Below are positions 38,011 through 51,244 of a DNA stretch of 64,000 bases, piece after piece. The notes under the pieces were generated by a model. The model was not told the origin of the DNA. It saw only the letters and a list, made by a program, of their open reading frames with translations, and ran no database searches. Each line of letters begins with the position of its first letter. Position 1 is the first letter of the stretch. The position numbers and the translations under genes are program-made. Source of the stretch: Carcharhinus amblyrhynchos (Eukaryota); assembly GCA_965287045.1 (NCBI GenBank), contig CBDIYR020000010.1, positions 1,550,001 to 1,614,000 of the forward strand. Direction: 5' to 3'.

Positions 38011-39677
38011 CGACTTTTACGTACTAAACCATGTTAAATAAAGATTTCGCCACTCAACATTCTTGGCATAATCTTAGTGACTTTGGTGTATTTGCAATAT
38101 GGATTCCTTGCTCCGCGATCTCAAGAAATACTCCAAACATGGCAATAAATCCCAACAATGTAATGACTTTCCAAACTGCTTGGGTACCTTCTGGTAAACG
38201 TATGTCCTGCACAAGAACATCCAAGCTATCTGAATCATAAAATCATAGAATCCCGACAATGCATTTGGCTCACTGAGCCTGCACCAGCAACGATCTCCGC
38301 CAGACCCATTTCCCGCAATCCGAGGTATTTACCCTTCTAATCTTCCTGACTCTAAGGGGCAATTCAGCAGGGCAAATCAATCTTACCTGTCCATCTTTGG
38401 ACACTAAGGGGCAAATAAGAATGGCCAATCCACATTACCAGCACATTTTTGGGGTGTAGGAGGAAACAGAAGCTCTGCTGAAAACCCACGCAGACATGGG
38501 GAGAAGGTGCAAACTCCACACAGATGGTCACCCAAAGATGTATTTAAACCACTGTCCCTGGGGCGGTGAGGCAGCAGTGCTGACCACTGTGTCACCGTGC
38601 CGCTCATACTGGAATATCAGAATGTCCCAATCCTTCAAGCTTTAAAAATACCCTGATTCTCGGACCTTTCCACTTGAGTGGTCGGTTTTGCATTTTTCAA
38701 TATTATATACCACCTGCCATTTAATTAATCTATTAATTGGGGTTAGAGTTTGAACGAAAAGTGAAAGCAGATGTCCTCAACCCTGTAACAACAGATGTGG
38801 GGAGTATATTAGGATCTGCTGTCATACCTAATATGAGCAAATAACTCACCAAAATGAACTGAGTAGAGAGTGCAACGATAGTTTCATTAAAGTGGAATCT
38901 TGCCTGATGAATATAATTGAAAATTCCTAGGAGTTTACTAACCAGTGAGAGAATAAATTATCTCTGAATGCTAAGTACATGACTCTTCCACAAGATGGTC
39001 TCTAGCCGATTATTGTCAAACTCCACACTGCATGGAATTAGAACTATAATATTGTGGTTGCCATTTGATTGAGAGGTTGAAAACAAAGAGTGAAGGCAAA
39101 AAGATTGCCAATTTGTGGGGAGTGCCCTTCACCAGAGATGATTTGAGGCATGGTTGTTCTTTGACTATATTTAATAATGGTTCCGTTGAAAGATTTGGGA
39201 GTTGTGTATTTCTGATTTTGTGTAATCAGTTCAGAGGTGACGTGAACACGTGGAGGGGGGTAAGTTCCAAACGGACTCACCATACTCTAGCGCATATTCG
39301 GGTACACTGAGGGAGAATTTTACACGGCCAATTCACCGAATCTGCACATCTTTCGATTGTTGGAGGGAACCGGAGAACCCGGAGGAAACACACACAGACA
39401 CAAAGAGAACGTGCAAACTCCACAGAGGCAGTGACCCAAGTGGGGAATCACGCCTGGATTCTTGACACTGTGAGGCAGCAGTGCTAAATCTTGGCCCAGA
39501 ATTCAAGCGAACTAAAATCATCGGGAATATTTTATTGAGATTGCTGAATGACTAACGCTTCAGTCAATCGCATCAAAAGTTTCCTTTCCTCGTTTCTGAT
39601 GGCGCTCGTGCCAAGCTTGCAATATGAATTTGCCCAAAGGTGGCGCTCTATCTCTTCAGCGCAAATGTCTCTGCTTT

Positions 39678-40119
39678 GTGATCCAACGAGGGGCATACAC
39701 TCGTTGTACACTCGTACAAGGGCTGCTCTTGGATGTTCGAGAATAGCCTAGTATTTCATGTCGTTAGTGTACGCTTAAACTGGATCAGGTGCTGGGCAAC
39801 ACGACAGCTCAGTGATTATCACTGTTTCCTGTGCAGACACATGGATTTGGGCCGGTGTCTGGGAGTTTGCGCATTCTCCCCGTGCTTGCGTGGGTTTTCT
39901 CCGGGTGCTCCGGTTTCCTCCCACACCCCAAAGATGTGCTATTAGGCTGATTGGAGGTAATAAATTGTCCCTAAATTAGTTTACCCTCAATGTGGAATGC
40001 CATAATCAGAGATAAGGGTCATGGGTGGAGGGGGGACTGGTAATGTGAAAATGGCGGCACGGGCTCGTTGGGCCGAAGGGCCTGTGTCCCGGGCTATTTT
40101 TGTTCCCTTTTCTTTGTTC
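39678..40119 (+). mobile_element. Composite 5S-like/tRNA/V SINE
   Basis: Same head, V core and tail as 12479. Confidence 0.78.
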
Positions 40120-40559
40120 AATCCCTGTGGGAATATTGTCATGTATTTTTCGTTCAGAGGTGGTCAACAGAAATAATTTCAAACTGATATTCGAAGCACA
40201 GAGTGATATTTAACGGGGGAGTGAGGGATTCACATCAAACTGATTTTGTGTTTTCAACATCACAGTTCCCTGGAAATCGCTGAACCTTCTGTCGTTCTTG
40301 CGTGGGAAACTGCTTAAGATCATCGAACCCAAATATTTGAAAGTGAAAATGCAATTTATCAGGGCGTTGCGAAGCTTCATTGCTCCTGAAGTGATTTAAA
40401 GTCACTCAGTAACACCTCAATCCACCAAGCTCTCTGATCTGGAACTGGTGAATTGAAAAGGGAATTTAAAAAAAACATGTTCGGTGCTGGCCGACAGAAC
40501 AGATGTTATTGTCGGGAGAAGAACCAAAGAATTACAGGCAATAGACCCTAACACTTTTG

Positions 40560-41945
40560 GTAAGGAAACTGGAGGGAAAAATATGAGAGGGACGGAACTA
40601 ATTTCCATTTGAGGAGGCAAGGATTAATATAGGATTCTCAGCATGTTTTTTTTCTCAAAGGGAAATCATGCCACACGATTTCTACTGTTCAAGGAGGTGA
40701 CCAGGGAAGTAGTTGCGGGCAGTAAACTTGATCTACTCTACATGGACTTCCTTAAGGATTTTGAGCAGGCCCACATGGGAGGCTGACGAAGAAGATAGGA
40801 GCTCATGGAACACTGTCAATTTTTCAATTGGCTTCGTCATAGGGTAAGTTCTTCGCCTGGATAGAAGACTGACTGACTGGCAGAAGGCAGAGAGTGAGGA
40901 GGAAGGGGGCTTTTTCGGAGTGGCAGCCGGTGACTAATGGTGTGCCTCAGAGCACCACAAATTTTCACAATTTCCATTAACGATTTAGAAGAAGGAACTG
41001 AAGGCACTGTTGCTAAGTTTGCAGAGGATACAAAGATATATAGAGGGGCAGGTAGTATTGAGGGAGCGGGGGGAGCGGGGAGCTGCTGAGTGACGTGGAT
41101 GGGTTAGGAGAGTGGCCAAAGAAGCGGTGATTGGAATACAATGTGGCAAAATTTTCCGGTTTACTCTTTGGAAGGAGGAATGGAGGCATAGACTATTTTC
41201 TAAATGTGGAAATGCTTCAGAAATCAGAAAAAAAACAAAGGGCCTTCAGAGTCCTTGTTCAAGATTTTCTTCGGGTTAACGTGCAGGTTCAGTTAGTAGT
41301 CAGGAAGGCAAATAAATTGTTAGTATTGATGTCGAATGGGATAGAATACAAGATCAGAGATGCACTTCTGAGGCTGTATATGGCTCTGGTCAGACCACAT
41401 TTGGAGTATTGTGAGCAGTGTTGGCCCCATATTTAAGGGAGGATGTGCTGGTCTTGGAAAGGCTCCAGAGGAGATTCACACGAATTACCCCTTGGAATAA
41501 AGAGCTTGTCAGTTGAAGGAATGTTGGGAACTCTCGGCGTGAGCTCAATGGAGTTCAGAAGGATGAGGGAAGATCTTTTTGAAACTTAGAGGATATTGGG
41601 AGGCCGGGGTAGAGTTGATGTGGAGAGGATGTTTCCACTCGGAGGAAAGCTAGAACCAGAGGACTGAAGGGACCTCAGGCTAAAGGCCCAATACTTTAGA
41701 TCAGAGATGATGGGTAATTTCTTCAGCCGGAGACTGGAGAATCTGCGGAACTATTTGCCGCAGAAGGATGTGGAGATCAGGTCGTTGAGTTCCTTTAAGA
41801 CAGAAATAGATTGGTTCTTGGTGAATAAGGGGATCAGGAGTTATGGGGAAAAGGCAGGAGAATGGGGATGAAACAAGGTTGAATGGCGGAGCAGCCTCGA
41901 TGGGCCGAGTGGCCTAATTCTGCTCCCATGCCGTATGGACTTATA
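40560..41945 (+). mobile_element. Degenerate CR1 LINE fragments
   Basis: KFAEDTK and LYMALVRPHLEYCEQ motifs, followed by 3' UTR. Confidence 0.82.
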
Positions 41946-42462
41946 GCTTTCCCCCCTTCGCAATGGGCTCAATAACCAAGGGGCTTGAATCTATTTGAAC
42001 TCCAGACATCAACACAAACTACTGACTCTCCAGAGGGAGCATAAAGCTTCACTGCCAAAAACCAATCTATCGAAATCTCACCTGGAAGGCAAACACAGCT
42101 TCCCTCGTAAAAACAACACGAAACGATACTCAGTATTGCAGGCAAAATCTCAGTGTGTTGTGTTTTTGCAGTACGCATTTGTTCCATCAACCACAGTAAT
42201 AAATCCCAAAAAATAAATGAAATTGCTTCCCAAATTGTTTGGGATACCACCTGGTAAATGGTCAAATTTCCTTGCACATATTCATATATCAAAGTTGCAT
42301 AAGACGCAAATCACAGAAGGGGGTCGTTCGGCCCATCAGCTCGGTACTGTAGTGAGTAGTCCATACATGTCTCATCATAATGCCACTTCCTATCACCCCA
42401 TTAACGCATCCTTTTTTTCTCCCTGGTGCCTCCCCTCTGTTTTTACATTAAATTCATTTGTG

Positions 42463-42998
42463 ACCTGCGCAAAGATATTTTGGCCTTGGAGGGAGTGCAG
42501 AGAAGGTTTACTAGGCTGATACCGGAGTTGAGGGGGTTGAGCTATGAGGAGAGGCTGAATAAACTAGGCTTGTACTCGTTAGAGTTTAGAAGAATGAGGG
42601 GAGATCTCATTGAGACGTATAAGGTGATGAATGGGATGGATAGGATAGAGGTGGAGAGACTCTTCCCGCTCAAAAAAGACAGTAGGACTAGGGGACACAG
42701 CCTCAAGATAAAGGGGGGGGGCGCGGTTTAGAACGGAGTTGAGGAGGAACTTCTTCACTCAAAGGGTGGTGAATCTCTGGAATTCTCTGCACGTTGAAGT
42801 GGTGGAGGCTGCCTCGCTAAATATTTTTAAGACGCGGGTTGATGGGTTTTTGATAAGAGAGGGGATTAAGGGTTATGGGGAGAGGGCGGGAAAGTGGAAC
42901 TGACCCACGACAGATCAGCCATGATCTTATTGAATGGCGGGGCAGGCTCGAAGGGCTGGATGGCCTACTCCTGCTCCTATTTCTTATGTTCTTATGTT
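42463..42998 (+). mobile_element. CR1 LINE 3' end inserted after the duplication
   Basis: LRKDILALEGVQRRFTRLIP. Empty site at ~462 in unit 1. Confidence 0.9.
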
Positions 42999-44688
42999 TA
43001 TCTCAGCCATTCCCTATTCTAGTGTGTTCCAAATTCTTCCACTTCTTCCGTCGGTAAAATGATAGAAAATTCTGAAACCACCTACCGGCAGTCTCTAAAA
43101 CAGCATCTCCCCTGCTTGCCTGCCAACTGTGTTTTGGATGGACCTGCCATATATTAAGCTGATCTCTCTGTGCACCCGAGCCATAACTGGAGATCTATAT
43201 TCTGCACCCTTTCATTTCCTTCTCCTCTATGTACTCTATGAACGGCTAATTTTGTCCATATAACACATAAGAAAAGCACGTTACAATGCATACCAATACA
43301 CGTGACAATAATGAATGAACTGAAATCATTGATCACAGAACATAGATGATAGAATCCCGACAGCGCAAAAGGAGGCCATTTGGCACATCGAGTCCGCACC
43401 GAACACAATCCCATCCAGGCCCGATCCCCATGTATTTACTGTGGCAAGTCTGCCTGTCAACAGGGACAATTTAACATGGTCAATCCGTCTAACCCTCACA
43501 TCCTTGGACTGTGGCAAGAAAGCGGTGCAGGTGGAGGAAACCCACACAGACACAGGGAGAATGTAGAAACTCCACACAGACAGTGACACCTGCTGGGAAT
43601 CGAACCCAGGTCACTGCAGCTGCGAGACAACAGTCATAACCACCCTGACACCGCGCCACCCCCACCGTGCCACCGCCAATAACTGTGACAAAATCAAACC
43701 AAATCATAAAAACTCGAACAGCGTAGAACAAAGCATTGGGCTCATCGAGTCTGCACCGACCAGAGTCCCACCCATATATTACAAACTAATCCCTCTAAGC
43801 TGCACAACCCAGGATACTAAGGGGTAATTTACCATGGCCAATTAACATAACCCGAACATCTTTGGACTGTGGGAGGAAACCAGAGCACCAGGAGGAAACC
43901 CATGGAGACACAGGGAGAACGTGCACACAGACTGTGACCCGAGCCGGGAATCGAACCCAAGTCGCTAGAGCTGTGAAGTCGCAGTGCAAACCACTGTGCT
44001 ACCGTGCCACCCTCGGCGTCTCGATGAATGTTTGATTTTGCTTTTCCTGTATAGCGTGCAAGAAACAATATTATTCACCGTTTCCGAATACATGTGACCA
44101 TAATAAATCAAATACATTCAAATTAAATCAGACCATATGTCCCCCAATCTCTGAATTCGCCACTGCATTTATTGGCCGCTATCTTAAACAGGTGACCAAT
44201 TCATTTGAAATAGTACATGTGTCCTATCAACAATTTCATACTTGGAACGTCTATTTCCTGTCAAGCCTCAATCTTCACTCGTTTTACAGAAAAGAGCTTC
44301 AGCCTATTCAATATTCCCTGATAGTTAGGAGCTATCAGTTCTGCTATAACACTTGTGAAGTATTTAGAGTAACGTTCCTGTTGTTTCTTTCACCTCAGCA
44401 GATTTTGAAGAACCGTGCTTTGCTCTCCAAGTCTGGCCTAACTGCTCTGAGTAGATGCCTGTGATATTTTGCAAAACATGCTGAGTGTGTGCCAACACTT
44501 TGACAGTTAGTAAACAGGAAAACGACAGAGAGCTGTCTGTCTCTGTGCATTTTTTCAACCACAACCGTGTATTTATTAATATACACAGAGCGGAAATTTC
44601 ACACCTCCCTCACGCAGAGAGAACAAGAGCGAGTTTTCAGTGAGATTCGGATCGGGGGCTCAGAGTCTCGCCGTCTGGATCAAGGACA

Positions 44689-44731
44689 ATGAGTTTCCTC
44701 GGTATCTGTGCATTGTTCCATCTCTTCCAGG
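44689..44731 (+). CDS. Gene A2 exon 1, signal peptide (MSFLGICALFHLFQ)
   Basis: Paralog of 2156-2198 with intact ATG and G|GTGAGA donor. Confidence 0.85.
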
Positions 44732-45708
44732 GTGAGATATCCTCATTATATTCAGATAGAGTGGAGAAGAATTTACATTGGCTAATTAACAACGAGCAGT
44801 TCCCAATGCCAGTTTGGTCAGTAACCACAAAAAACAGGTGGGAGATGATCCGTAATTGTAAGGAGGGGGGACCGAACGTGTTTTTTTTAATGCAGCGAGT
44901 TGTTATGATCTGGACGGTGCTGCCTGAAAGGGCGGCGGAAGCAGATTCAATAGAAACTTTCAAAAGGGGGGAATTGGAGAAATGAGGGGCCAGGATTAGC
45001 TGTGATATTCGTGGGAAAGAAGAGGGCGAGTGACCAACTGGAAAAGTCTTTCAAAGCTCCAACACTGACACGAAGGCCCGAATGGTCTCCCTCCCAGATA
45101 TACAGAACTGTGAGATGAAACTCAGCATGCAAGATTTACATAACAACAAATGTATTAAAGTTTTATGTTTATCTATTAGTGTCGCAAGTAGGTTGACATT
45201 AACTCTGCAACACAGTGGAAAATGTAATGTATCTATCAATGAATTGAATGGAAATGAAAACGAATTGTCATCAAGTAAGTGAGTTGGTTTCATTTACACC
45301 ATTGGGGAGCGGTTTGGGTGTTGTTGTCAGTTAACTGACATTATAAACACTTGAAGAAAAGTCAAGCGCCAAAAGTTAGCAGAGAGAAAAAAAAAGCAAC
45401 AAGTGTTGGGTGAGAGAAAATATCAGTGAATTCTGAAGTACTTCAATTTATTTCATCCTCACTGGTCCCATGTGTCCATTCCGATGATTACATTGGATTT
45501 TCTGGTGAATAGACTCGGATTGCGCACTGGAGAAAACAGCGCAACCAACACAATAATCAGCGCGATTTTAAGTGTTCCTGAGCTGCGCACCTCGTATTTT
45601 TTGTCGTTGTTTCTCGATTTGCCCCTTTATTGGCATTTGTTTGAACAGGGCTGTTTTCAGGCAGGACAACTTATGATGACTCTTGTTCTTTCTCTCTCTC
45701 CTTCCCAG

Positions 45709-46041
45709 TCACAGTGTCTCATTCTATCTTGTCCCAGTCTCCACCGGTTGAGACACTTCCAGAGGGGAGCCGTGTTAAGCTGAGCTGCCACATCCAGGGT
45801 TCAGGAGGTCCTGCAGCCTATTGGTACAGGCAATCGAAGCGAAACCAAATAAAATTAGTTCCCAGAAATGACAAGTACATCGATGATTACAAGACCTTGG
45901 CAAGTACGATAATGGTGATTATTTATTCACTGTTGATTACGGATACCCGGAGAAATGATTCTGGGATCTATTACTGTGCAATCCGCGATCAAGAAAAGAG
46001 ATCACTGGTATTCGGAAAAGGATCCAATTTAGTAATTACAG
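45709..46041 (+). CDS. Gene A2 exon 2, germline-joined V-J domain
   Basis: Motifs LSC, WYRQ, DSGIYYC and FGKGSNLVIT. 333 nt, phase 1-1, intact splice sites. Confidence 0.95.
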
Positions 46042-46130
46042 GTAAATTTTATCATTCTTCCATTTCAAGAACAATTAAAACGCGTCCTGTTCTATCTGTT
46101 AATGGGCTCTCTCTGTTTTGCCGGATTTAG

Positions 46131-46453
46131 CAGATTCCCCCACCATATTCCTCCTCACCCCGCCGCGGCATCAGATTCCCGCCATGGAGAGGGTCCCCTT
46201 GTTGTGTTTGGTCAGAGGATTGTCTCCCGATTCCATTTCCGTCCGCTGGAAGGTTTCCGGACGGGATACCGCGGGACTGACAGATTCGGGGGCAATAGAA
46301 CCGGACGGCACCTACACCATCAGCAGTTCCATCAGTCTCCCGGCGGAAGCTTGGAGAAGCGGCGCTCGCTGTACTTGCGCCGTTGAGGTCAACTCCAGTG
46401 AAAGTATTCTCAGTGACAGTGTCTCATCTCAGAGAGGTAGCTCTTCACAATGA
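46131..46453 (+). CDS. Gene A2 exon 3, C1-set domain ending in TGA; downstream TM/cytoplasmic exons deleted
   Basis: Paralog of 3616-3938. Possible phase-1 donor G|GTAGCT at 46437. Homology to unit 1 stops at ~48285, before the TM exon. Confidence 0.92.
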
Positions 46454-48285
46454 CCTCTTAAAATACATATATGTAATGCTAATTTCAGACTTTACGCAGA
46501 GCTGTCTAATTTTATAACATGTCTCTTCTCCCATGTGTGTCCACGTAAATCCAAAACAGCTTTGACTATCACAGATCTCTCATTCGGTTAGAGTTCAGTC
46601 TGCTGAAAATTTAATCTGCCCTCTACCAGAGAGCTGTCCATGTTCAGGACTGAGAGAGTTACTTCTGGCACAGATGGATGTAGAGATATAGGGAAATCAC
46701 CGGAAGGTAACGTTAAATTAGCCATTTTGTTATAAAATGCCGGAGAAGCATCGAAAAGTGCACTGGCTTCTCCCGGCTCCCATTTCCTCTTTCCATGGGG
46801 CGGCATGATAGCACAGTGGGTTAGCACTGCTGCTTTATAGCTCCAGGGACCTGGGTTCGATCCCCTGCTCGGGTCACTGTCTGTTTGGAGTTCCCACACT
46901 CTCCTCGCGTCTGTGCAGGTTTACTCCGGGTGCTCCGATTTCCTCCCGCCGTCCAAAGATGTGCGGGTTAGAACATAGAACATTACAGCGCAGTACAGGC
47001 CCTTCGGCCCTCGATGTTGCACCGAACAGTGGAGGCAGTCTAAGGACCCTCTAACCTAAAATATTATGTTATCCATATGCCTCTCCACTGCCCATTTGAA
47101 CGCCCTTAAAGTTGGCTAGTCCACAACTGCTGCAGGCAGGGCATTCCACGCCCTTACTACCCTCTGAGTAAAGAACCTACCTCTGACATCCGTCCTATAA
47201 TTACCACCACTCAATTTAAATCTATGTTCCCTCGTGTTAGCTATCACCATCCGAGGGAAAAGGCTCCCACTATCCACCCTATCTAACCCTCTGATCATTT
47301 TGTATGGTTTGGTTGATTGGCCGTGCTAAAATTGCCACTTCGTGTCCTGGGATGTGTAGGTTAGAGGGATTAGCGGGTTAATGTGTCGGGACATGGGGGT
47401 AGGGCCTGGGTGGGATTATGGTCGGCACAGACTTGATGGGTCGAAGGGCCTCTTTCCTCACTGGAGGGTTCTAGATTCTATGTGTTTGGGCTCCACCGTT
47501 CTGATATGGTTTGATTTATTATTTTCACACCTAATGGGACACAGTGAAAAGTTTTGATCCCTGCATATTACAAAGACAGAGCATACCATTGATAGAGTAC
47601 ATGGATTTGATTTACTTTGATTATTGTCATATGTATTTGGGATGCAGCGAAAAACACATTTTCTTGCGCTGTCCAGACCAAACATAACGCTCTTAGAGTA
47701 AACAGATTTGATCTATTATTGTCATGTCTTCAGATACAGTGAAAAGCATTATTTCATCTCGAAAAAGAACACGTCATCATGGGGTACACAGACTTGATTT
47801 AATTTGATTTTGTTATTGTCACATTTATTGGGATACATTGAAAAGTACATTTCCCCGTAACACACAAAACAGCATACCGTTCATAGAGTTCTTCGATTTG
47901 ATTTATTGCACTCACATATACTGGGCGAGAGTGAAAGGTATTGCTTCTTGCGCGGTACACAGGCAGAACATACCATTTACATAGTACATGTGGGAGAAAG
48001 AAAGGGACAGCTGCATTTTGTAATACTACTGCAGCGTAGAATACTACAGTGGGAAATGAAGATTACTCGGAAGTATAAGAGAATTAGAATTAAGTTTTAT
48101 AAGAATAGCACAAAAGTCATTGACTTAATGGGTATACTGGGGATAGCTGGCAAGAAACAGCCATGCCCCGGCGCCATCTTGAATAGGGTTGGGAGTCAGT
48201 GGCCCGTGTCGCCGTGGGTTGAAATGAAATGTGTGATTACATTTCCATCGTATAACGTTATCACATCATTCCTACATGCAATGAT

Positions 48286-51240
48286 ATCTATGTAACAAAG
48301 TGAAAGATATCAATTCAGGAAAGCAGTTAGGAATACAAAGAACAAAAAACAACACAGCACAAGAAACAGGCCCTTCGGCCCAACAAGCCCGCGCCACCAT
48401 TTTAACTCTGAGTGATTGCCTCATTCCAATCCTTCTTCGACCTATGACTTTTGCCTACGCCTCTTGGACTCCACAATAAAGGTGTGCAAATTTAGAGAAT
48501 TATATGTACGACAGATTAAGGGAGGTCTAATTTAGGGATAATTTCTTAACATCAATCAGCCTAAAAGCACGTTTTGGGGGTGTGGGAGCACCCGGAGAAA
48601 ACCGATGCCAACACGAGGAGAATGCGCAAACTCCACATTGACAGTGACCCGAGCCAGGGCCAGATCCCTGGCGCTGTGAAGCAGCAGTGCTAACCATTGT
48701 GCCACCATGCCGCCCACTGCAAAGGCTCTATATTTAGTGATACTGAATCTTTGCCAACATTTGGATATAACTTGCCCGTTTGTCTCTCTTTCCGTTGCCC
48801 TTTGCGTTGTCTTTCTCTCAAGCTAAAACTGCATAAGAAAATAAATAAACTTAAACAGGTGTTATATCCTGCAAATCCTGGCCAAGAAATATTTGAGAGA
48901 AAGGATACTCATTGTTAAAGTGTGGAAAATGTCAAAATGTACCATTGGAATAAGTCGTGGTTTTGAACTGTGTTTAACAGGATATTACATACAGAGAGAT
49001 GAACTTTGAAAATGGCTCAGTTACTCACCTTTCATTCCCGGCTCCCTCCGCTCGCTCTCCTGAAACAAGGCACTGTGATCAGTAATTTAAACCTTCGAGG
49101 GGAGTCACATTGGATGAACAGTAATGATATTCCTACTGAACATTATTCCTCACCTGATCTCCCTCTCTTCCAAATACAAATGGAGAGAAGGACAAAAAGG
49201 ATAATCGGGATCACCAGGATAATTACGGCAATGGAAAGTTCCAGATTGCACCATCCTATAGAGAGAAAACTATTAGAAATTGCTGCTGGGTCAAATAAAT
49301 CTTTCCGCGTTGCTGGGACGGGAAGCTGAACGCAGACACTCTAACCATTGCCTCTCGACATTGTGTTATATCCATAACTGAATCACCATTGGCATTTTTT
49401 TCAGATTATCATTGATCAAAACTCAACTGGAATCCCCACTTAAACAGAATGTCTAACAAAGCAGGTCAGAGCCTGGGAATCCTGTGGAGAATAACTCACC
49501 TCCTGACTCCCCGAAGCCTGTTCATCATCTATAAAGCACAAGTCAGAAGTGTGATGGATTACCCCCCGCTTGCCTGTTTGGTTGCAACTCCAACAACTCG
49601 TAAGAAGCTTCACATTATCAAGGGCAAAACAACCCGCTCGATTGGCAACACATTCACTCCTTCCACCAGCCCTACGCTCAGAATCAGCAGTGTGTTTGCA
49701 CTCACTGTAGCAACTCATCAAAAATCCTTAGACAGCACCTTCCAAACCCACGAACACTTGCATCTTGAAGGACATGGGCAGCAGATACATGGAAACACCA
49801 CCACCTGCATTTTCTTCTCCAAACCACTCAATATCCTGACTTGGAAAAATATTGTCATTCTGTCGCAGTTCTTGGGTCAAAATCCTAGAATTCCATGCCT
49901 AATGTCATTGTGGGTCTACCTACAGCTCGTAGACTGCCCCACATTTTTGAAATAGCTATTGAAATCCTGCCAGTCTATCTATCTTTCCTTCACAGTTTTG
50001 TGCATTTCTCACTCCCGAGTCCAAATCCAATTCCAGTTGTGAGATCTATTGTTATAGATGTTTCCGTTGGCCATTCAGATGCGCTCTTAATCACAAGATC
50101 AAACAGTAATCATAATCGAAAAATGCAATTTATGCGTTGCTTTTGATCTTGATTTTAATGCGATTGGATTCCAGGTATTAGGAATTTATGATAAAACAGT
50201 TGCCAAACGGAAACTAGAGATTCTGGAGTGAGATTATGGAAAATTCAACTAATGCCTCAGGGAAAAAACAATCGAAAATTCTTTCAATTCTTCTGTTTCT
50301 TGATTGCAAAGCTCATCCAGCGTCGGACTGACCTCAACTGAGTTTGAAAATCCAATGTCTGAAATGGGCGGTGGACGCACATTCAATAAAAGAACTTTCA
50401 TCCGGGAAAACAGACTCTGCCTTGAAGGGGAGAAGTGACCGGATTCCGGGCGGCACAGTGCTTACCCCTGCTGCCTCACATTGCCAGAGAACCTGGTTTG
50501 ATTCCCGGCTTGGATCACTGTCTGTGCAGAGTCGGCGCGTTCTCCCAGATCGGTGCTCGCCTCCTCCAGGCGTTCCAGTTTCCTCCAATTCTCGGAAGCC
50601 GAGCTGGTTGGCGGAATTGGACATGCTGAATTCTTCTTCAGTGCACTCCAAGAGGCGCAGGAGTGTGGCGAATAGGGGATTTCCACAGCAATTTCATTGC
50701 AGTGTTAATGTAAGCATATCTGTGACACTAATAAATAATGCAGGTAACATTGGAGCTCTCTCCTGTGTACCTAACAGACGTCAGTTTCTGAATAGTTGGA
50801 ACATTGACGCAACTGATTACAAGTTGAATTCAAACCATCATTGTGGAGATTAAAAACTCACCTGTCCCAGTTTCTGCTGCGTTGGGGAAGGACACACTTT
50901 GCGTCCAATATTTGCCTGGAATCCCCAGTTGAACAATGCAAGTACCGACACCGACACTTCTCCAGACTTGCCCCGACACCATGACACGACTTCTGATGCT
51001 GTAGGTCCCGTCCTCCTTCATTATCCCGGGATCACTCGATCCCTCAGTGACCAGGCCAGAAATATTCCAGAAAATAGCAATCTGGTTTGAAGAAACTCCA
51101 CTGACCAAACACATTAAGGGCACATGATCATTCACATCCGGCTTACCCGGCGGGACAAATACCTGCACAGCCGTCTTGTTGGTGGAACTGTCTCGACAGA
51201 AATTAGGAAACAGTTAACGATTATTTTACACACAAAAAAG
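48286..51240 (+). repeat. Segmental duplication, partial B block, paralogous to ~58187-61495 and ~23157-29590
   Basis: Colinear introns and exons. Shares segments with B3 (e.g. ~49950-50110 vs ~60200-60365) that B1 lacks. Confidence 0.92.
48776..51191 (-). pseudogene. B2: truncated B-type gene (C1 50862-51191, TM 49154-49255, cytoplasmic 49029-49059 and 48776-48828), lacking leader, V and distal tail
   Basis: Remaining exons are open. The V-C intron breaks into a CR1 fragment at ~51240 and no V exon follows. Exon 7 is cut just after its acceptor at ~48287. TM GWCNLELSIAVIILVIPIILFVLLSICIWKRGR has no basic residue in the helix. Confidence 0.85.
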
Positions 51241-51244
51241 GATC

